Shown here in pieces: positions 6,877-18,037 of a DNA stretch of 30,093 nt. The DNA comes from Alphaproteobacteria bacterium (lineage in GTDB: Bacteria > Pseudomonadota > Alphaproteobacteria > MPNO01 > UBA2964). A program made the translations under genes and the position numbers. The DNA is taken from assembly GCA_036445935.1 (NCBI GenBank), contig JAZFSB010000179.1, forward strand, positions 1-30,093. Direction: 5' to 3'. The notes below the pieces were generated by a model. It had not been told where the DNA came from. It ran no database searches and saw only the letters and a list, made by a program, of their open reading frames with translations. Position 1 is the stretch's first letter; every line of letters starts with the position of its first letter.

Positions 6877-7347
6877 GTGACGTCATTTCTGTCCACCTTT
6901 GTGAACAAGGTAGATCGGAAGGGCCGTGTGTCGGTTCCGGCGCAATTTCGGACCGCGCTCTCGAACGAAACGTTCCAGGGCGTAATCGTCTACCCCTCTC
7001 TTTCCGAAACCGCGATCGATGGGTTCGGCCGTTCCGCGCTGGAAGATCTCAACCGGCGGCGCATGGACAAAACACTGGAGGATGGCGATTTCGAGCGCGC
7101 GCTGCTGGGCGGCGACATGGTTATCGACACCATCATGGCGATGGCGCACGAGCTGCCATTCGACGGCGAAGGTCGTATCGTGCTGCCTGCCACATTGGCC
7201 GAGCCAGCCGGGATTACCGACCGCACCACCTTCGTCGGGCGTGGCACGCGGTTCCAGATTTGGGCGCCGGACGCTTTCGAGCAACACCAGCAAGCGGCGG
7301 TAACGGCGCTGCGACAACGGCTGTCGACGCAAGGCAACAACTCTTGA
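6877..7347 (+). CDS. mraZ: Transcriptional regulator MraZ
   Basis: [22 protein letters not shown] and [12 protein letters not shown] duplicated AbrB-like motifs, [11 protein letters not shown]; first gene of dcw; GTG start. Confidence 0.96.
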   Translation: MTSFLSTFVNKVDRKGRVSVPAQFRTALSNETFQGVIVYPSLSETAIDGFGRSALEDLNRRRMDKTLEDGDFERALLGGDMVIDTIMAMAHELPFDGEGRIVLPATLAEPAGITDRTTFVGRGTRFQIWAPDAFEQHQQAAVTALRQRLSTQGNNS

Positions 7348-8324
7348 CGGACGCCGGACACAGGCCAGTGATGCTGGCCGAGGTGGTGGCCGCGCTGAAC
7401 CCGTGCGATGGCGCGATCTACGTTGACGGCACCTTCGGCGGTGGCGGCTATGCCGACGCCATCCTGACCGCTGCCGAATGCCGGCTGTTCGGCATTGACC
7501 GTGATCCCGGCGCGATCTCGCGCGGCACGGCGATCGCCACCCGCCACGAAGGGCGGCTGACCATGATAGAAGGCCGGTTCGGCGACATGGCGGGCCTGCT
7601 GGGCACACTCGGCATAGAGGCGGTCGACGGCATCGCGCTCGATCTCGGCGTGTCGTCCTATCAGCTCGACGACGCCGGGCGCGGTTTTTCTTTTCGCGGC
7701 GACGGGCCGCTCGACATGCGCATGGGACAGGACGGCCCCAGCGCCGCCGACGTAGTCAATGGCTACGAGGCGGGAGCGCTGGCCGACATCATTCATCAAT
7801 ATGGCGAGGAACGCCGCGCGCGGCGCATCGCGGCGGCAATCGTCAAGGCCCGGGACGAGGCGCCGATCACGCGCACCGGCGTGCTGGCCGACATCGTGCG
7901 CGGCTGCTATCCGGCCTCCCAGCGTGGCGATCGCGCGCTCATCGACCCGGCAACCCGGACCTTTCAGGCGCTCCGTATCCACGTCAATGACGAACTCGGT
8001 GAATTGTCACGCGGGCTGATCGCCGCCGAGACTCTGCTTGGCGTCGGCGGCCATCTGGCGGTGGTGAGCTTTCATTCGCTCGAGGATAGGTTGGTCAAGG
8101 ATTTCCTGCGCGCGCGCTCGGGCGCTGATCCGCGCGGATCGCGCCACCAGCCGGACAGACCCAGCGGACCGGATGCGACCTTTGACGAGGTCACCCGCCG
8201 CCCCCGGCGGCCGGGCGCCGAAGAAATAGCAACCAACCCCAGGGCCCGTTCCGCCCGCCTGCGCGCCGGACGGCGCACCGCCGCGCCAGCATGGCCGGCA
8301 ACCCAGACCGGAGGACGCGCATGA
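7344..8324 (+). CDS. rsmH: 16S rRNA m4C1402 methyltransferase RsmH (MraW)
   Basis: True start is probably TTG 7344 overlapping the mraZ stop (TTGA). Motifs [66 protein letters not shown]. Confidence 0.96.
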   Translation: MTDAGHRPVMLAEVVAALNPCDGAIYVDGTFGGGGYADAILTAAECRLFGIDRDPGAISRGTAIATRHEGRLTMIEGRFGDMAGLLGTLGIEAVDGIALDLGVSSYQLDDAGRGFSFRGDGPLDMRMGQDGPSAADVVNGYEAGALADIIHQYGEERRARRIAAAIVKARDEAPITRTGVLADIVRGCYPASQRGDRALIDPATRTFQALRIHVNDELGELSRGLIAAETLLGVGGHLAVVSFHSLEDRLVKDFLRARSGADPRGSRHQPDRPSGPDATFDEVTRRPRRPGAEEIATNPRARSARLRAGRRTAAPAWPATQTGGRA

Positions 8325-8674
8325 CCAACCGCGCCACCCTGTTATGGATGCTGCTTGCGATCGGCGCCGGGCTCAGCCTGTTTGTTCTCAAATACGAAGT
8401 CCATGAAATGGAAGAGCGTCTGGAAACGATTCACCACCAGACCGTACAGGACTTGGAATCGCTTCACGTTCTGCGCGCCGAATGGAGCTATCTCAACCAA
8501 CCGGCCCGGCTTGAGGCGCTGGCGCGCCGCCTGCTGGCGCTTCGCCCGGTCGAGGCGACGCAAAGCGTCTCGATCCGCGATGTGCCGCTTCGGCCAGTAA
8601 CGCCGCCCACCACCACGCCACGAACGGGTGACGGTCCACCGCCATTGCTGGCAACCTTGCGGCAGGCGCCATGA
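8321..8674 (+). CDS. ftsL: Cell division protein FtsL
   Basis: ATG 8321 after GGAGG and overlapping the rsmH stop. One N-terminal TM, coiled coil, [17 protein letters not shown] motif typical of alphaproteobacterial FtsL; lies between rsmH and ftsI. Confidence 0.88.
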   Translation: MTNRATLLWMLLAIGAGLSLFVLKYEVHEMEERLETIHHQTVQDLESLHVLRAEWSYLNQPARLEALARRLLALRPVEATQSVSIRDVPLRPVTPPTTTPRTGDGPPPLLATLRQAP

Positions 8675-10389
8675 TCGGCCGGCATTCCCTTTTTGCCCGA
8701 CGCCAACGCCGCGAAATGCCGGTTTCGCCAGAAATCGAGGTCGGCCGCAATCGCCTTCTGATCACCGCGTCCCTGTTCGCGGTGGCGTTTTCGGTGGTGG
8801 CCGTGCGTCTGGTCGATGTCGGGCTGCTTGCCGGCCCGCACGACCCCCGCATCGCCGAAACACAAAATCGCGCCACCCATCAGCCAGGCCGCGCCGATAT
8901 CGTCGACCGCAATGGCGTGCTGCTGGCGGCCAATCTGAAAATCGCATCTCTGTACGCCAATACACGACTGATTGACGAGCCGGACAAAGCCGCGGCCCGG
9001 CTGCGCACGGTTCTGCCCGACGAGGACCCGGCCCGGCTGCGCAAACGGCTGGCATCGGGCCGCGCTTTCATATGGCTACGCCGTCATCTGACGCCACGCC
9101 AGCAATACGCGGTTAACCGGCTGGGCATTCCCGGGCTGGAGTTCCGCACCGAGGAAACCCGGCTTTATCCGGCGGGAAGGCTGACGGCCCATGTGCTGGG
9201 TCATACCGACATCGACAATCATGGGATCGCCGGCACTGAAAGCCATTTTGAAAAATCGCTGCGCCGCGACGCGGCCCCGCTGCGCCTCACGCTTGACCTT
9301 CGGGTTCAGCATGTACTGCGCACCGAGCTTTGGCGCGCGATGGTCCGGTTCAAAGCCATCGGCGCCGCCGGCGTGGTCATGGATGTCTCCAACGGCGAGG
9401 TGCTGTCGCTGGTGTCGCTGCCCGACTTCGATCCCAAGGACGCGAACGTGGCCGACGAACAGGCGCGGTTCAACCGGGCGACGCTGGGCGTCTACGAAAT
9501 GGGCTCGACCTTCAAGATATTCACCACCGCGATGGCGCTCGATTCCGGCAAGGTCACGCTCAGGGGCGGCTATGACGCCACCAAGCCAATCCGTGTCGCG
9601 CGCTTCGTGATCCGCGATTACCACGCCAAGCGGCGTTGGCTGTCGGTTCCCGAAATCTTCATGTACTCCTCCAATATCGGCGCCGTGAAGATGGCGCTTG
9701 ATGTCGGCATCGCGAGACAGCGCACCTTCATGGACAGGCTCGGGCTGTTACGCCCCTCGCCGGTCGAGCTGTCCGAAATCGGCGCGCCGCTGGTGCCCGC
9801 CAAGTGGCGCGAAGTCAACGCCATGACCATCTCGTTCGGCCATGGGCTCGCGATCAGCCCGGTGCAGCTTACCGCCGGCGTGGCGGCCATCATCAATGGC
9901 GGCGTGCTGTACCCGCCGACATTGCGCATACGCCCGGCTGGTGAACCGCTGGTCGGCTTGCGCGTGATTTCCAAACGCACGTCCGAGCAAATGCGCCGCT
10001 TGATGCGGCTGGTGGTCAAAAAGGGCACCGGACGCAAGGCGGCGGCGAAAGGGTATCTGGTCGGCGGCAAGACCGGCACCGCCGAGAAGGTCGTCGGCCG
10101 GCGCTATCGCAATAAGGCGCTGATGTCGTCCTTCGTCGGCGCCTTCCCGATGACCGCCCCGCGCTACGTGGTGTTCGCCATGCTGGACGAACCCACCGGC
10201 ACCAAGCAAACCAACAATTTCGCCACTGGCGGTTGGGTCGCGGCCCCCGTCGTCGGCGCCGTGATTTCACGTATCGGCCCGCTTCTAGGCGTACGGCCGA
10301 TCGACGAAGAAGCGCCTGAAACAAAGCGCAGGATGGCGATCGATATCGTCACCGCCAAAACGGGGAAGCGTCGCCTTGCGTCTTTCTGA
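8671..10389 (+). CDS. ftsI: Class B penicillin-binding protein FtsI (PBP3)
   Basis: 572 aa, N-terminal TM, RADIVDRNG, transpeptidase motifs STFK (SxxK), SSN (SxN), KTGT. Confidence 0.96.
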   Translation: MIGRHSLFARRQRREMPVSPEIEVGRNRLLITASLFAVAFSVVAVRLVDVGLLAGPHDPRIAETQNRATHQPGRADIVDRNGVLLAANLKIASLYANTRLIDEPDKAAARLRTVLPDEDPARLRKRLASGRAFIWLRRHLTPRQQYAVNRLGIPGLEFRTEETRLYPAGRLTAHVLGHTDIDNHGIAGTESHFEKSLRRDAAPLRLTLDLRVQHVLRTELWRAMVRFKAIGAAGVVMDVSNGEVLSLVSLPDFDPKDANVADEQARFNRATLGVYEMGSTFKIFTTAMALDSGKVTLRGGYDATKPIRVARFVIRDYHAKRRWLSVPEIFMYSSNIGAVKMALDVGIARQRTFMDRLGLLRPSPVELSEIGAPLVPAKWREVNAMTISFGHGLAISPVQLTAGVAAIINGGVLYPPTLRIRPAGEPLVGLRVISKRTSEQMRRLMRLVVKKGTGRKAAAKGYLVGGKTGTAEKVVGRRYRNKALMSSFVGAFPMTAPRYVVFAMLDEPTGTKQTNNFATGGWVAAPVVGAVISRIGPLLGVRPIDEEAPETKRRMAIDIVTAKTGKRRLASF

Positions 10390-11842
10390 ACTAGTAGGTG
10401 ACGACATGCACGCTGACATCATGACCAGCGATCCTGAAATACAGGGACTGAGCGCGGATTCCCGAAACATCAAGCCTGGCTATCTGTTCGCCGCCCTGCC
10501 CGGCGACCGCGTGGACGGGCGTGAATTTATCACCGATGCACTGGCCCGCGGCGCCGCCGCGATCCTCGCCCCGTCCGGCACCGCACTGCCACCGCGAGCA
10601 GCCGCGGAACTGGTCACCGGCGACGATGCCAGACGCGGCCTCGCCTTGCTGGCGGCACGGTTCTATGGCGCCCAGCCGCGCATCGCGGCGGCGGTAACCG
10701 GCACCAACGGCAAGACCTCGGTCGCCTGGTTCGCGCGCCGCATATGGGAAACGCTGGGCCACAGCGCAGCCGCGTTGGGCACACTCGGCATAAGCGATCC
10801 GGGCGGCACCCATGGCGCCGGGTTGACCACCGCCGATCCGGTCACCCTACACGGCAATCTGCGCGCACTCGCCGATGACGGGATCGACCATGTGGTGATC
10901 GAGGCGTCAAGCCACGGCATCGAACAGCGACGGCTTGACGGCGTACAACTGGCGGCCGGCGCCTTCACCAACCTGACGCGCGATCATCTTGATTATCACC
11001 ACACCATGGATGCCTACCGGGCGGCCAAGCTGCGGCTGTTCGATCAGGTCCTGCCGAAAGATTCGGTGGCGGTGCTCAACGCCGACTCCGATGACTACCC
11101 GTTCTTCTTCGCCGTCGCCCAGGCGCGTAACCTGCGCGTCATCGCCTATGGCCGCGCCGCCGCGGAGATCAGGATCGACCGCATCGAACCGAGGGCCGGC
11201 GGCCAACGCCTCGGCATCACCCTGTTCGGAAAGGCGCGGACCATCGATCTGCCGCTGCCCGGCGTCTTCCAGGCCCGCAACGCGCTGTGCGCGCTGGGGC
11301 TCGTGATCGCCTGTGGTGACGATGCCGACCAGGCGGTCGCCGCGCTGGAACATCTCGACAGCCCGCCGGGCCGTCTTGAACTGGTCGGCCAGCGCGCCAA
11401 TGGCGCCGCGGTCTATGTCGATTACGCCCACACGCCCGATGCGCTGGCCAACGTGCTGGCGGCGCTCAGGCCGCACACCGCGGGCCGGCTGGTGGCGTTG
11501 TTCGGCTGCGGTGGCGATCGCGACCGGGGCAAGCGGCCCCAGATGGGCGCCATCGCGCGCGATCTCGCCGATCTCGCCATCGTCACCGACGACAATCCGA
11601 GAAGCGAGGATGCCGCCGCCATCCGCGCCGAAATCATGGAGGCCTGCCAGGGCGCGACCGAGATCGGCGACCGCGCCGAAGCGATCCACCACGCCACGGC
11701 CGCGCTGACGTCCGACGACGTGCTGGTGATTGCCGGCAAGGGACACGAAACCGGACAGATCGTGGGCGACCGTGTGCTGCCTTTCGACGATGCGGCGGTT
11801 GCCGCCGGAGCCATCGCCGCGCTGGATGGGAGGGCGACGTGA
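10376..11842 (+). CDS. murE: UDP-MurNAc-L-Ala-D-Glu:meso-DAP ligase
   Basis: GTNGKTS P-loop, EASSHG, FTNLTRDHLDYH, VDYAHTPD, FGCGGDRD..KR, DDNPRSE (DNPR, meso-DAP type), GKGHE. TTG start overlaps the ftsI 3' end. Confidence 0.97.
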   Translation: MRLSELVGDDMHADIMTSDPEIQGLSADSRNIKPGYLFAALPGDRVDGREFITDALARGAAAILAPSGTALPPRAAAELVTGDDARRGLALLAARFYGAQPRIAAAVTGTNGKTSVAWFARRIWETLGHSAAALGTLGISDPGGTHGAGLTTADPVTLHGNLRALADDGIDHVVIEASSHGIEQRRLDGVQLAAGAFTNLTRDHLDYHHTMDAYRAAKLRLFDQVLPKDSVAVLNADSDDYPFFFAVAQARNLRVIAYGRAAAEIRIDRIEPRAGGQRLGITLFGKARTIDLPLPGVFQARNALCALGLVIACGDDADQAVAALEHLDSPPGRLELVGQRANGAAVYVDYAHTPDALANVLAALRPHTAGRLVALFGCGGDRDRGKRPQMGAIARDLADLAIVTDDNPRSEDAAAIRAEIMEACQGATEIGDRAEAIHHATAALTSDDVLVIAGKGHETGQIVGDRVLPFDDAAVAAGAIAALDGRAT

Positions 11843-13260
11843 ACACGGCACCACTCTGGACCGCCACCGATGCCGCCCGCGCCACGGGCGGAACGGCCAG
11901 TTCCGACTGGAACGTCCAGGGCATTTCCATTGACAGCCGCGACATCGCCCAGGGCGACCTGTTCGTGGCGCTGAAGGGACCGAATTTTGACGGTCATGAT
12001 TTCGTCGCCGCCGCGCTTGCCGCCGGCGCCGGCGCCGCGATGGTTACCCACCAGCCGAACGGCACGCCAACCGATGCGCCGCTGCTCACGGTCGGCGACA
12101 CGCTGGACGGGCTGCGCGCCCTGGCGACGGCGGCGCGCGATCGCACCAAGGCCAAAATCGTCGCAATCACCGGCAGCGTGGGGAAGACCGGCACCAAGGA
12201 AGCGCTCAGCGCGGCGCTTGCCGCGCAGGGCAACACATCGGCCAGCGCGCGCAGCCTGAACAATCATTGGGGCGTGCCGCTATCATTGGCGCGCTTGCCG
12301 CCCGATGCCGATTTCGGCGTGTTCGAGGTCGGCATGAACCATCCGGGTGAAATCGAGCCGCTGTCACGCCTGTTGCGCCCAGATGTCGCCATCGTCACCA
12401 CTGTCGCGCCCGCCCATATCGGCAATTTCAACTCGCTCGAGGAGGTTGCCGACGCCAAGGCTGAGATTTTCGCCGGGATGAGCGGTGGCTCGGCGATCCT
12501 GAACCGCGACAATGATCTTTTCGAAAGGCTGTCCCAGGCGGCGCAAGCAGCCGGGATCACCAATATCATCGGCTTTGGCAAGAGCGATGCCGCCGACGCC
12601 AGGCTGCTCGACTGGACGCTGGACAACCAGGGCGCAAATGTCGACGCCAATGTGTGCAACCGCCACATCGCCTACCGGCTTTCGCTGCCCGGCCGGCATC
12701 AGGTAATCAACAGCCTTTCCGTACTGGCCGCGTGCTGCGCGCTGGGCGCCGATATCGCGGTGGCGGCCCGGGCGCTGTCGGAAATCGCCGCGATGGCCGG
12801 GCGCGGCGAACGCCATCTGGTGCGGCTGGTCAACGGCTCGCTGACCCTGATCGACGAAAGCTACAACGCCAATCCCGCTTCAATGGGCGCGGCGATCGAA
12901 ATGCTGGCCGACACGCGCCCCGGCCCTTGCGGGCGGCATATCGCGGTGCTGGGCGACATGCACGAACTTGGCGCCCGGTCGACCGAATTTCACGCGGCGC
13001 TGGCCAATGTTCTGGCCGAGCACGGCATCGAGCGGGTTTACGCCTGCGGCGAGGAAATGGCGGCGATGATCAACAGGCTGCCGCCGGCGATGCGCGGCAC
13101 CCACGCCGCAACCAGCCGCGACATCGCGAACGATGTCGTGCGCGCCGCCGCCGCCGGCGACGTCATCATGATCAAGGGCTCTCTGGCGAGCGGGATGCGT
13201 TGCGTGGTCGACGCGCTGCTGGCGCTCGACCATGAACCCGACGCGGCAGCCAACGGGTAG
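11839..13260 (+). CDS. murF: UDP-MurNAc-tripeptide:D-Ala-D-Ala ligase
   Basis: [68 protein letters not shown]. Confidence 0.97.
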   Translation: MNTAPLWTATDAARATGGTASSDWNVQGISIDSRDIAQGDLFVALKGPNFDGHDFVAAALAAGAGAAMVTHQPNGTPTDAPLLTVGDTLDGLRALATAARDRTKAKIVAITGSVGKTGTKEALSAALAAQGNTSASARSLNNHWGVPLSLARLPPDADFGVFEVGMNHPGEIEPLSRLLRPDVAIVTTVAPAHIGNFNSLEEVADAKAEIFAGMSGGSAILNRDNDLFERLSQAAQAAGITNIIGFGKSDAADARLLDWTLDNQGANVDANVCNRHIAYRLSLPGRHQVINSLSVLAACCALGADIAVAARALSEIAAMAGRGERHLVRLVNGSLTLIDESYNANPASMGAAIEMLADTRPGPCGRHIAVLGDMHELGARSTEFHAALANVLAEHGIERVYACGEEMAAMINRLPPAMRGTHAATSRDIANDVVRAAAAGDVIMIKGSLASGMRCVVDALLALDHEPDAAANG

Positions 13261-13271
13261 GAAACCAACAG

Positions 13272-14360
13272 ATGCTCTATCACCTCCTGTTCCCGCTGGC
13301 CGATGAAATTGGCGCGTTCAACCTGTTCCGCTACCTAACTTTCCGCACCGGCGGCGCGATGATGACAGCCCTTATCATCAGTTTCGTGATGGGCGGACCA
13401 TTGATCCGCTGGCTGCGCAGCCGGCAGGGCGAAGGCCAGCCAATCCGCGAAGACGGGCCGGCAAGTCACCCGCTGACCAAGAAAGGCACGCCGACGATGG
13501 GCGGGCTGCTGATCCTGATCGCGCTGGCCGGGGCCACGCTGCTATGGGCGGACCTGACCAATCGCTATGTCTGGGCGGTCACTATTGTCACGCTGAGCTT
13601 TGGAAGCATCGGCTTCGTGGATGACTATCTGAAACTGACCAAACGCTCGCCGAACGGTCTGTCCGGGCGCACCAAGCTTGTGCTCGAACTCATGATCGGC
13701 TGCGCGGTCGCCCTGTGGATCGTCAATATTTCCGGCGATCCGATCGCCACCAGTCTGGCCATTCCGTTCGTCAAGAACGCGCTGATCGAACTCGGCTGGT
13801 TTTTCATCCCATTCGCCGCCCTGGTGATGGTGGGGGCGTCAAATGCCGTCAACCTGACGGACGGGCTGGACGGGCTGGCGATCGTGCCGGCGATGATCGT
13901 CGCCGGCTGCTTCGCGCTGATCGCCTACCTGACCGGCAACGCGGTGTTCGCCGGCTATCTGCAAATTCACGGCGTGCCCGGCGCCGGCGAGCTTGCCGTC
14001 TTTTGCGGCGCGCTGGTTGGCGCCAGTCTTGGATTCCTGTGGTTCAACGCTCCGCCGGCGATGGTGTTCATGGGCGATACCGGCTCACTCGCCATGGGCG
14101 GGGCGCTTGGCGCGGTCAGCGTGATCACCAAACACGAACTGGTGCTGGTCATTATCGGCGGATTGTTCGTGCTGGAAACCGTTTCGGTCATCGTCCAGGT
14201 GGCGTCATTCAAATTGACCGGCCGCCGGGTCTTCCGCATGGCGCCGCTGCATCATCACTTCGAACAGAAGGGCTGGAAGGAGCCGACCATCGTCATTCGT
14301 TTCTGGATCATCGCCATGGTTCTGGCGCTGGCCGGACTGTCTTCGCTCAAGTTGAGGTAG
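13272..14360 (+). CDS. mraY: Phospho-N-acetylmuramoyl-pentapeptide transferase
   Basis: [42 protein letters not shown]; polytopic membrane protein. Confidence 0.98.
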   Translation: MLYHLLFPLADEIGAFNLFRYLTFRTGGAMMTALIISFVMGGPLIRWLRSRQGEGQPIREDGPASHPLTKKGTPTMGGLLILIALAGATLLWADLTNRYVWAVTIVTLSFGSIGFVDDYLKLTKRSPNGLSGRTKLVLELMIGCAVALWIVNISGDPIATSLAIPFVKNALIELGWFFIPFAALVMVGASNAVNLTDGLDGLAIVPAMIVAGCFALIAYLTGNAVFAGYLQIHGVPGAGELAVFCGALVGASLGFLWFNAPPAMVFMGDTGSLAMGGALGAVSVITKHELVLVIIGGLFVLETVSVIVQVASFKLTGRRVFRMAPLHHHFEQKGWKEPTIVIRFWIIAMVLALAGLSSLKLR

Positions 14361-14370
14361 GGAAACGACC

Positions 14371-15765
14371 GTGATCCCCCTGACCAGCCGCCGCGACCAG
14401 ACCATCGCCGTCCTCGGACTGGGCGCATCCGGTCTCGCCGCCGCACGCGCGCTGGCCGCCGGCGGCGCGCATGTCGCGGCCTGGGACGACAATGAAGACG
14501 CCCGCGGGCGCGCCGAGGCGGCGGGCGTGAAGCTGGCCGCCCTGGACCAGCGTGACTGGAGCAAAACCGCGGCCCTGGTGCTGGCGCCGGGCATTCCGCT
14601 AACCCATAACACTCATCCCGTGGCCGCCGCCGCCCTTGCCGCGAAACGGCCCGTGCTGGGCGATATAGAGCTGCTGGTCGAAGCCTGCCCGGAGACGGTC
14701 TTCATCGGCACCACCGGCACCAACGGCAAATCCACCACGACCGCGCTGATTGGCCATATTCTCGACGGCGCCGGACGCGGCGTGCAGGTCGGCGGCAATC
14801 TGGGGCCCCCGGCGCTTGCTTTCGAGCCGCCGGACGCGGACTCGGTCTTTGTGCTTGAGCTGTCGTCCTACCAGCTGGACCTGACCCACCGGGCGACCTT
14901 CGACGTCGCGGTGCTGCTCAATATCAGCCCTGATCATCTCGACCGGCATGGCGACATGGCCGGCTATATCGCCGCCAAGAAACGCATCTTCCGCGAGCGG
15001 CACGATAGCGCGCGCTCGCAGGTCGCCGTCATCGGAGTCGATGACGACCATGGCGGCGCCATCGCCGACGAAATCGCCGCCCGCCCCGGATGGACCGTGA
15101 TCCGGATCGCCGCCGGCCGGCCGCTGACAAACGGCGTGTTCGCCGCCGACGGGGTGCTGTACGACGCCACCGCGGGCGAAGCGCGCGCGGTCTGCGCGCT
15201 GTCGCGCATCAATACCCTGCCCGGGCGCCATAATTGGCAGAACGCGGCAGCCGCCTGGGCCACCGTCCGCACGATCGGCGTATCGGAAGAAGCGGCCGCC
15301 CGGGGCCTGCGTTCCTATCCCGGCCTCGCCCACCGCATGGAGCAAATAGCCACCATCGGCGATGTCCGCTACGTCAATGACAGCAAAGCGACCAACGCCG
15401 ATGCCGCCGCCAAGGCGCTGGCCTGCTACGACGCCATTTACTGGATCGCCGGTGGGCTGCCCAAGGATGATGGGCTGGACGCGGTGATTCCCTATCTGGG
15501 ACGCATCCGGCACGGATTCCTGATTGGCGAGGCCGCCGAACCCTTCGGCGAAACGCTGCGGGACCGCATCCCGACCACCCAGTCCGGCGATTTGGCGGGC
15601 GCGGTATCGCAGGCGCACGCCATGGCGCAACGCGACCGGGTGGCCGGCGCCGTGGTGCTGCTGTCACCAGCCTGCGCGTCGTTCGATCAATGGCGGAACT
15701 TCGAGGCGCGCGGCGATGCTTTCCGCGCCATAGTCGGCCAGCTTGCGCCAGAGGGGGCCGTATGA
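14371..15765 (+). CDS. murD: UDP-MurNAc-L-Ala:D-Glu ligase
   Basis: GLGASG, GTNGKSTT, GGNLG, ELSSYQL, NISPDHLDRH, NDSKATN, LSPACASFDQW. Confidence 0.97.
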   Translation: MIPLTSRRDQTIAVLGLGASGLAAARALAAGGAHVAAWDDNEDARGRAEAAGVKLAALDQRDWSKTAALVLAPGIPLTHNTHPVAAAALAAKRPVLGDIELLVEACPETVFIGTTGTNGKSTTTALIGHILDGAGRGVQVGGNLGPPALAFEPPDADSVFVLELSSYQLDLTHRATFDVAVLLNISPDHLDRHGDMAGYIAAKKRIFRERHDSARSQVAVIGVDDDHGGAIADEIAARPGWTVIRIAAGRPLTNGVFAADGVLYDATAGEARAVCALSRINTLPGRHNWQNAAAAWATVRTIGVSEEAAARGLRSYPGLAHRMEQIATIGDVRYVNDSKATNADAAAKALACYDAIYWIAGGLPKDDGLDAVIPYLGRIRHGFLIGEAAEPFGETLRDRIPTTQSGDLAGAVSQAHAMAQRDRVAGAVVLLSPACASFDQWRNFEARGDAFRAIVGQLAPEGAV

Positions 15766-16883
15766 CCGCCTTCGCACGCACCGATACCTCGCTGCTCGGC
15801 CGCTGGTGGTGGACCGTCGATCGCTGGTCGATCGCCGCCATAGGCCTGCTGGTGGTTTTCGGTGTGATGCTGACCATGGCCGCCAGCCCCCCGGTCGCGG
15901 ATCGTCTCGGCTTCGATTCCTATCATTTCGTCCGTCGCCAACTCGCCTATCTGCCGATCGCGCTGGCGCTGCTGTTCGCCGCCTCTCTGCTGTCGCCACG
16001 CGGCGTGCGGCGGACCGCGATCACGATGTTCGCGATCGGGCTCGCGCTGCTGGCGGTCACATTCCTGTTCGGCACCGAGATCAAGGGCGCGCGGCGCTGG
16101 ATTGTGCTTGGCGAATTCTCGCTGCAACCCTCTGAATTCATCAAGCCCGCCTTCGCCGTAGTCGCCGCCTGGCTGTTCGCGCAACGCCCGGAAGGGAACG
16201 GCCGCTATGCCCGTCCGCTGGCCATCGCCCTGTTCGCGGTTATCGTGGCGATGTTGTTGCTGCAACCCGATCTCGGCATGGCGGTCGTGGTATCGGCAGT
16301 CTGGTTCACCCAGTTCTTCCTGGCCGGGCTGCCGCCGATCTGGGTGGCGCTGTTCGTCGTCGCCGGAATCACCGCCCTGGTGGGGACGTATTTCCTGCTG
16401 CCGCACGTGGCCAGCCGGATCGACAGGTTCCTCGACCCGTCATCAGGCGACAGCTATCAGGTGATGCGCTCGATGGAAGCGTTCCAGAAGGGCGGTGCGT
16501 TCGGCCGCGGGCCGGGCGAAGGTTCGGTCAAGTCGGTGCTGCCCGACGCCCATACAGATTTCGTGTTCGCGGTTGTCGGCGAGGAATTCGGACTGGTCGC
16601 CTGCATGCTTCTGGTCGGGTTGTTCGCCTTTATCGTGCTGCGCGGCTTTTCGCGGGTCATCAACGAAACCAATCTCTTCATCCTGTTGGCGGTCACCGGA
16701 TTGCTGGTGCAGTTCGGCCTCCAGGCGCTGGTCAATATGGGCTCGACATTGCGCCTGATGCCGACCAAGGGGATGACGCTTCCGTTTATCAGCTATGGCG
16801 GCTCGTCGCTGCTGGCGATCGCAATCTGCGTCGGCATGGTGCTGGCGCTGACCCGCCGGCGCGTTGGACAGGAGGCGGTGTGA
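15762..16883 (+). CDS. ftsW: SEDS peptidoglycan polymerase FtsW
   Basis: ATG 15762 overlaps the murD stop. WWWTVDRW, GARRW, QPSEFIK, LQPDLG, DAHTDF, PTKGMTLPFISYGGSS. Confidence 0.97.
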   Translation: MTAFARTDTSLLGRWWWTVDRWSIAAIGLLVVFGVMLTMAASPPVADRLGFDSYHFVRRQLAYLPIALALLFAASLLSPRGVRRTAITMFAIGLALLAVTFLFGTEIKGARRWIVLGEFSLQPSEFIKPAFAVVAAWLFAQRPEGNGRYARPLAIALFAVIVAMLLLQPDLGMAVVVSAVWFTQFFLAGLPPIWVALFVVAGITALVGTYFLLPHVASRIDRFLDPSSGDSYQVMRSMEAFQKGGAFGRGPGEGSVKSVLPDAHTDFVFAVVGEEFGLVACMLLVGLFAFIVLRGFSRVINETNLFILLAVTGLLVQFGLQALVNMGSTLRLMPTKGMTLPFISYGGSSLLAIAICVGMVLALTRRRVGQEAV

Positions 16884-18037
16884 TGAGCGCGCGCGGCCTT
16901 GTCGTGCTTGCCGCCGGTGGTACCGGCGGACATGTCTTCCCGGCCCGCGCCCTGGCCGAGGTGCTGGGCGCGCGCGGCTGGCGGGTGGCGATGATCACCG
17001 ACCAGCGTGGCGAGGCGTTTGGCGAAACCATGGATAATGTGGACACCTACCGGATTTCGGCGGCGAGCCCGGGGGGCGGCATCAGCAGCAAACTCAGAGG
17101 CCTGGCCCGCCTCGCGTTGGGTTTGCTGCAGGCGCGCGCCCTCCTTCGCCGGCTGAAACCCGATGTCGCCGTCGGCTTCGGGGGCTATGCATCGGCGCCC
17201 ACCATGCTGGCCGCCGCTTTCGCCGGCCTGCCGACGCTGATCCACGAACAGAACGCCGTGCTGGGCCGCGCCAACCGGCTGCTGGCTTCACGCATGACCC
17301 GCATAGCCACCTCGTTCGTCCGCGTCGACGGGTTGCGCCCCGCCGATACGACGCGCGTGGTGCCAACCGGCAACCCCGTCCGCGCCGCGATCGCCGCGAT
17401 CGCCCGGCGCCCTTATCCCGAGCTTGTAGAGAAGACCGGAACGCTGTCGGTTCTGGTGTTCGGCGGCAGCCAGGGCGCGCGGGTGCTGAGCGACGTGGTG
17501 CCGGCGGCGATGGCCCGCCTCTGCGCGGCAACCCGAGACCGGCTTGCCATCACCCAGCAATGCCGCGCGGAAGATATCGACCGGGTGCGCGACGCCTACC
17601 GGGCCGCCGGTGTCGAGGCGACGCTGGCGCCATTTTTCGACGACATGCCGGAACGTCTGGCGGCGGCGCATCTGATCGTCAGCCGCGCCGGCGCCTCGAC
17701 CGTGGCAGAGCTGACCGCCGCCGGACGACCCGCGCTGCTGGTCCCCTACCCCTTTGCCGCCGACGATCACCAGCGCGCAAACGCCCGCGCGATCGATGAA
17801 ACCGGGGGCGCTTGGCTGATGCCGGAACCCGGCTTCACCGCCGAGGCGCTGGCGGCCCGGCTCGAATCCCTGCTCGGCAGGCCGTCGACGTTGAGCGAAG
17901 CCGCGGCGCGCGCGCAAGAGGCCGGCCGGCCCGACGCCGCGGAAACACTGGCCGACCTGACCGAAGCCGTCGCCGCGCGCGACCTGGCCGGAGCTGGCGC
18001 CACGCACGGTGAAAACCGGCGGGAGGCGGCGGCATGA
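16883..18037 (+). CDS. murG: Lipid II GlcNAc transferase MurG
   Basis: GGTGGH, GFGGY, HEQN, GNPVR, GGSQGA, RAGAST, HQRANA. ATG 16883 (or GTG 16880) after GGAGG. Confidence 0.97.
   Translation: MSARGLVVLAAGGTGGHVFPARALAEVLGARGWRVAMITDQRGEAFGETMDNVDTYRISAASPGGGISSKLRGLARLALGLLQARALLRRLKPDVAVGFGGYASAPTMLAAAFAGLPTLIHEQNAVLGRANRLLASRMTRIATSFVRVDGLRPADTTRVVPTGNPVRAAIAAIARRPYPELVEKTGTLSVLVFGGSQGARVLSDVVPAAMARLCAATRDRLAITQQCRAEDIDRVRDAYRAAGVEATLAPFFDDMPERLAAAHLIVSRAGASTVAELTAAGRPALLVPYPFAADDHQRANARAIDETGGAWLMPEPGFTAEALAARLESLLGRPSTLSEAAARAQEAGRPDAAETLADLTEAVAARDLAGAGATHGENRREAAA

Noticed and set aside
6705-7343. Apparent 213-aa N-terminal extension of RsmH (track ORF 6705..8324)
   Set aside because: It overlaps all of mraZ in another frame; RsmH homology starts at HRPVML, and TTG 7344 is coupled to the mraZ stop.
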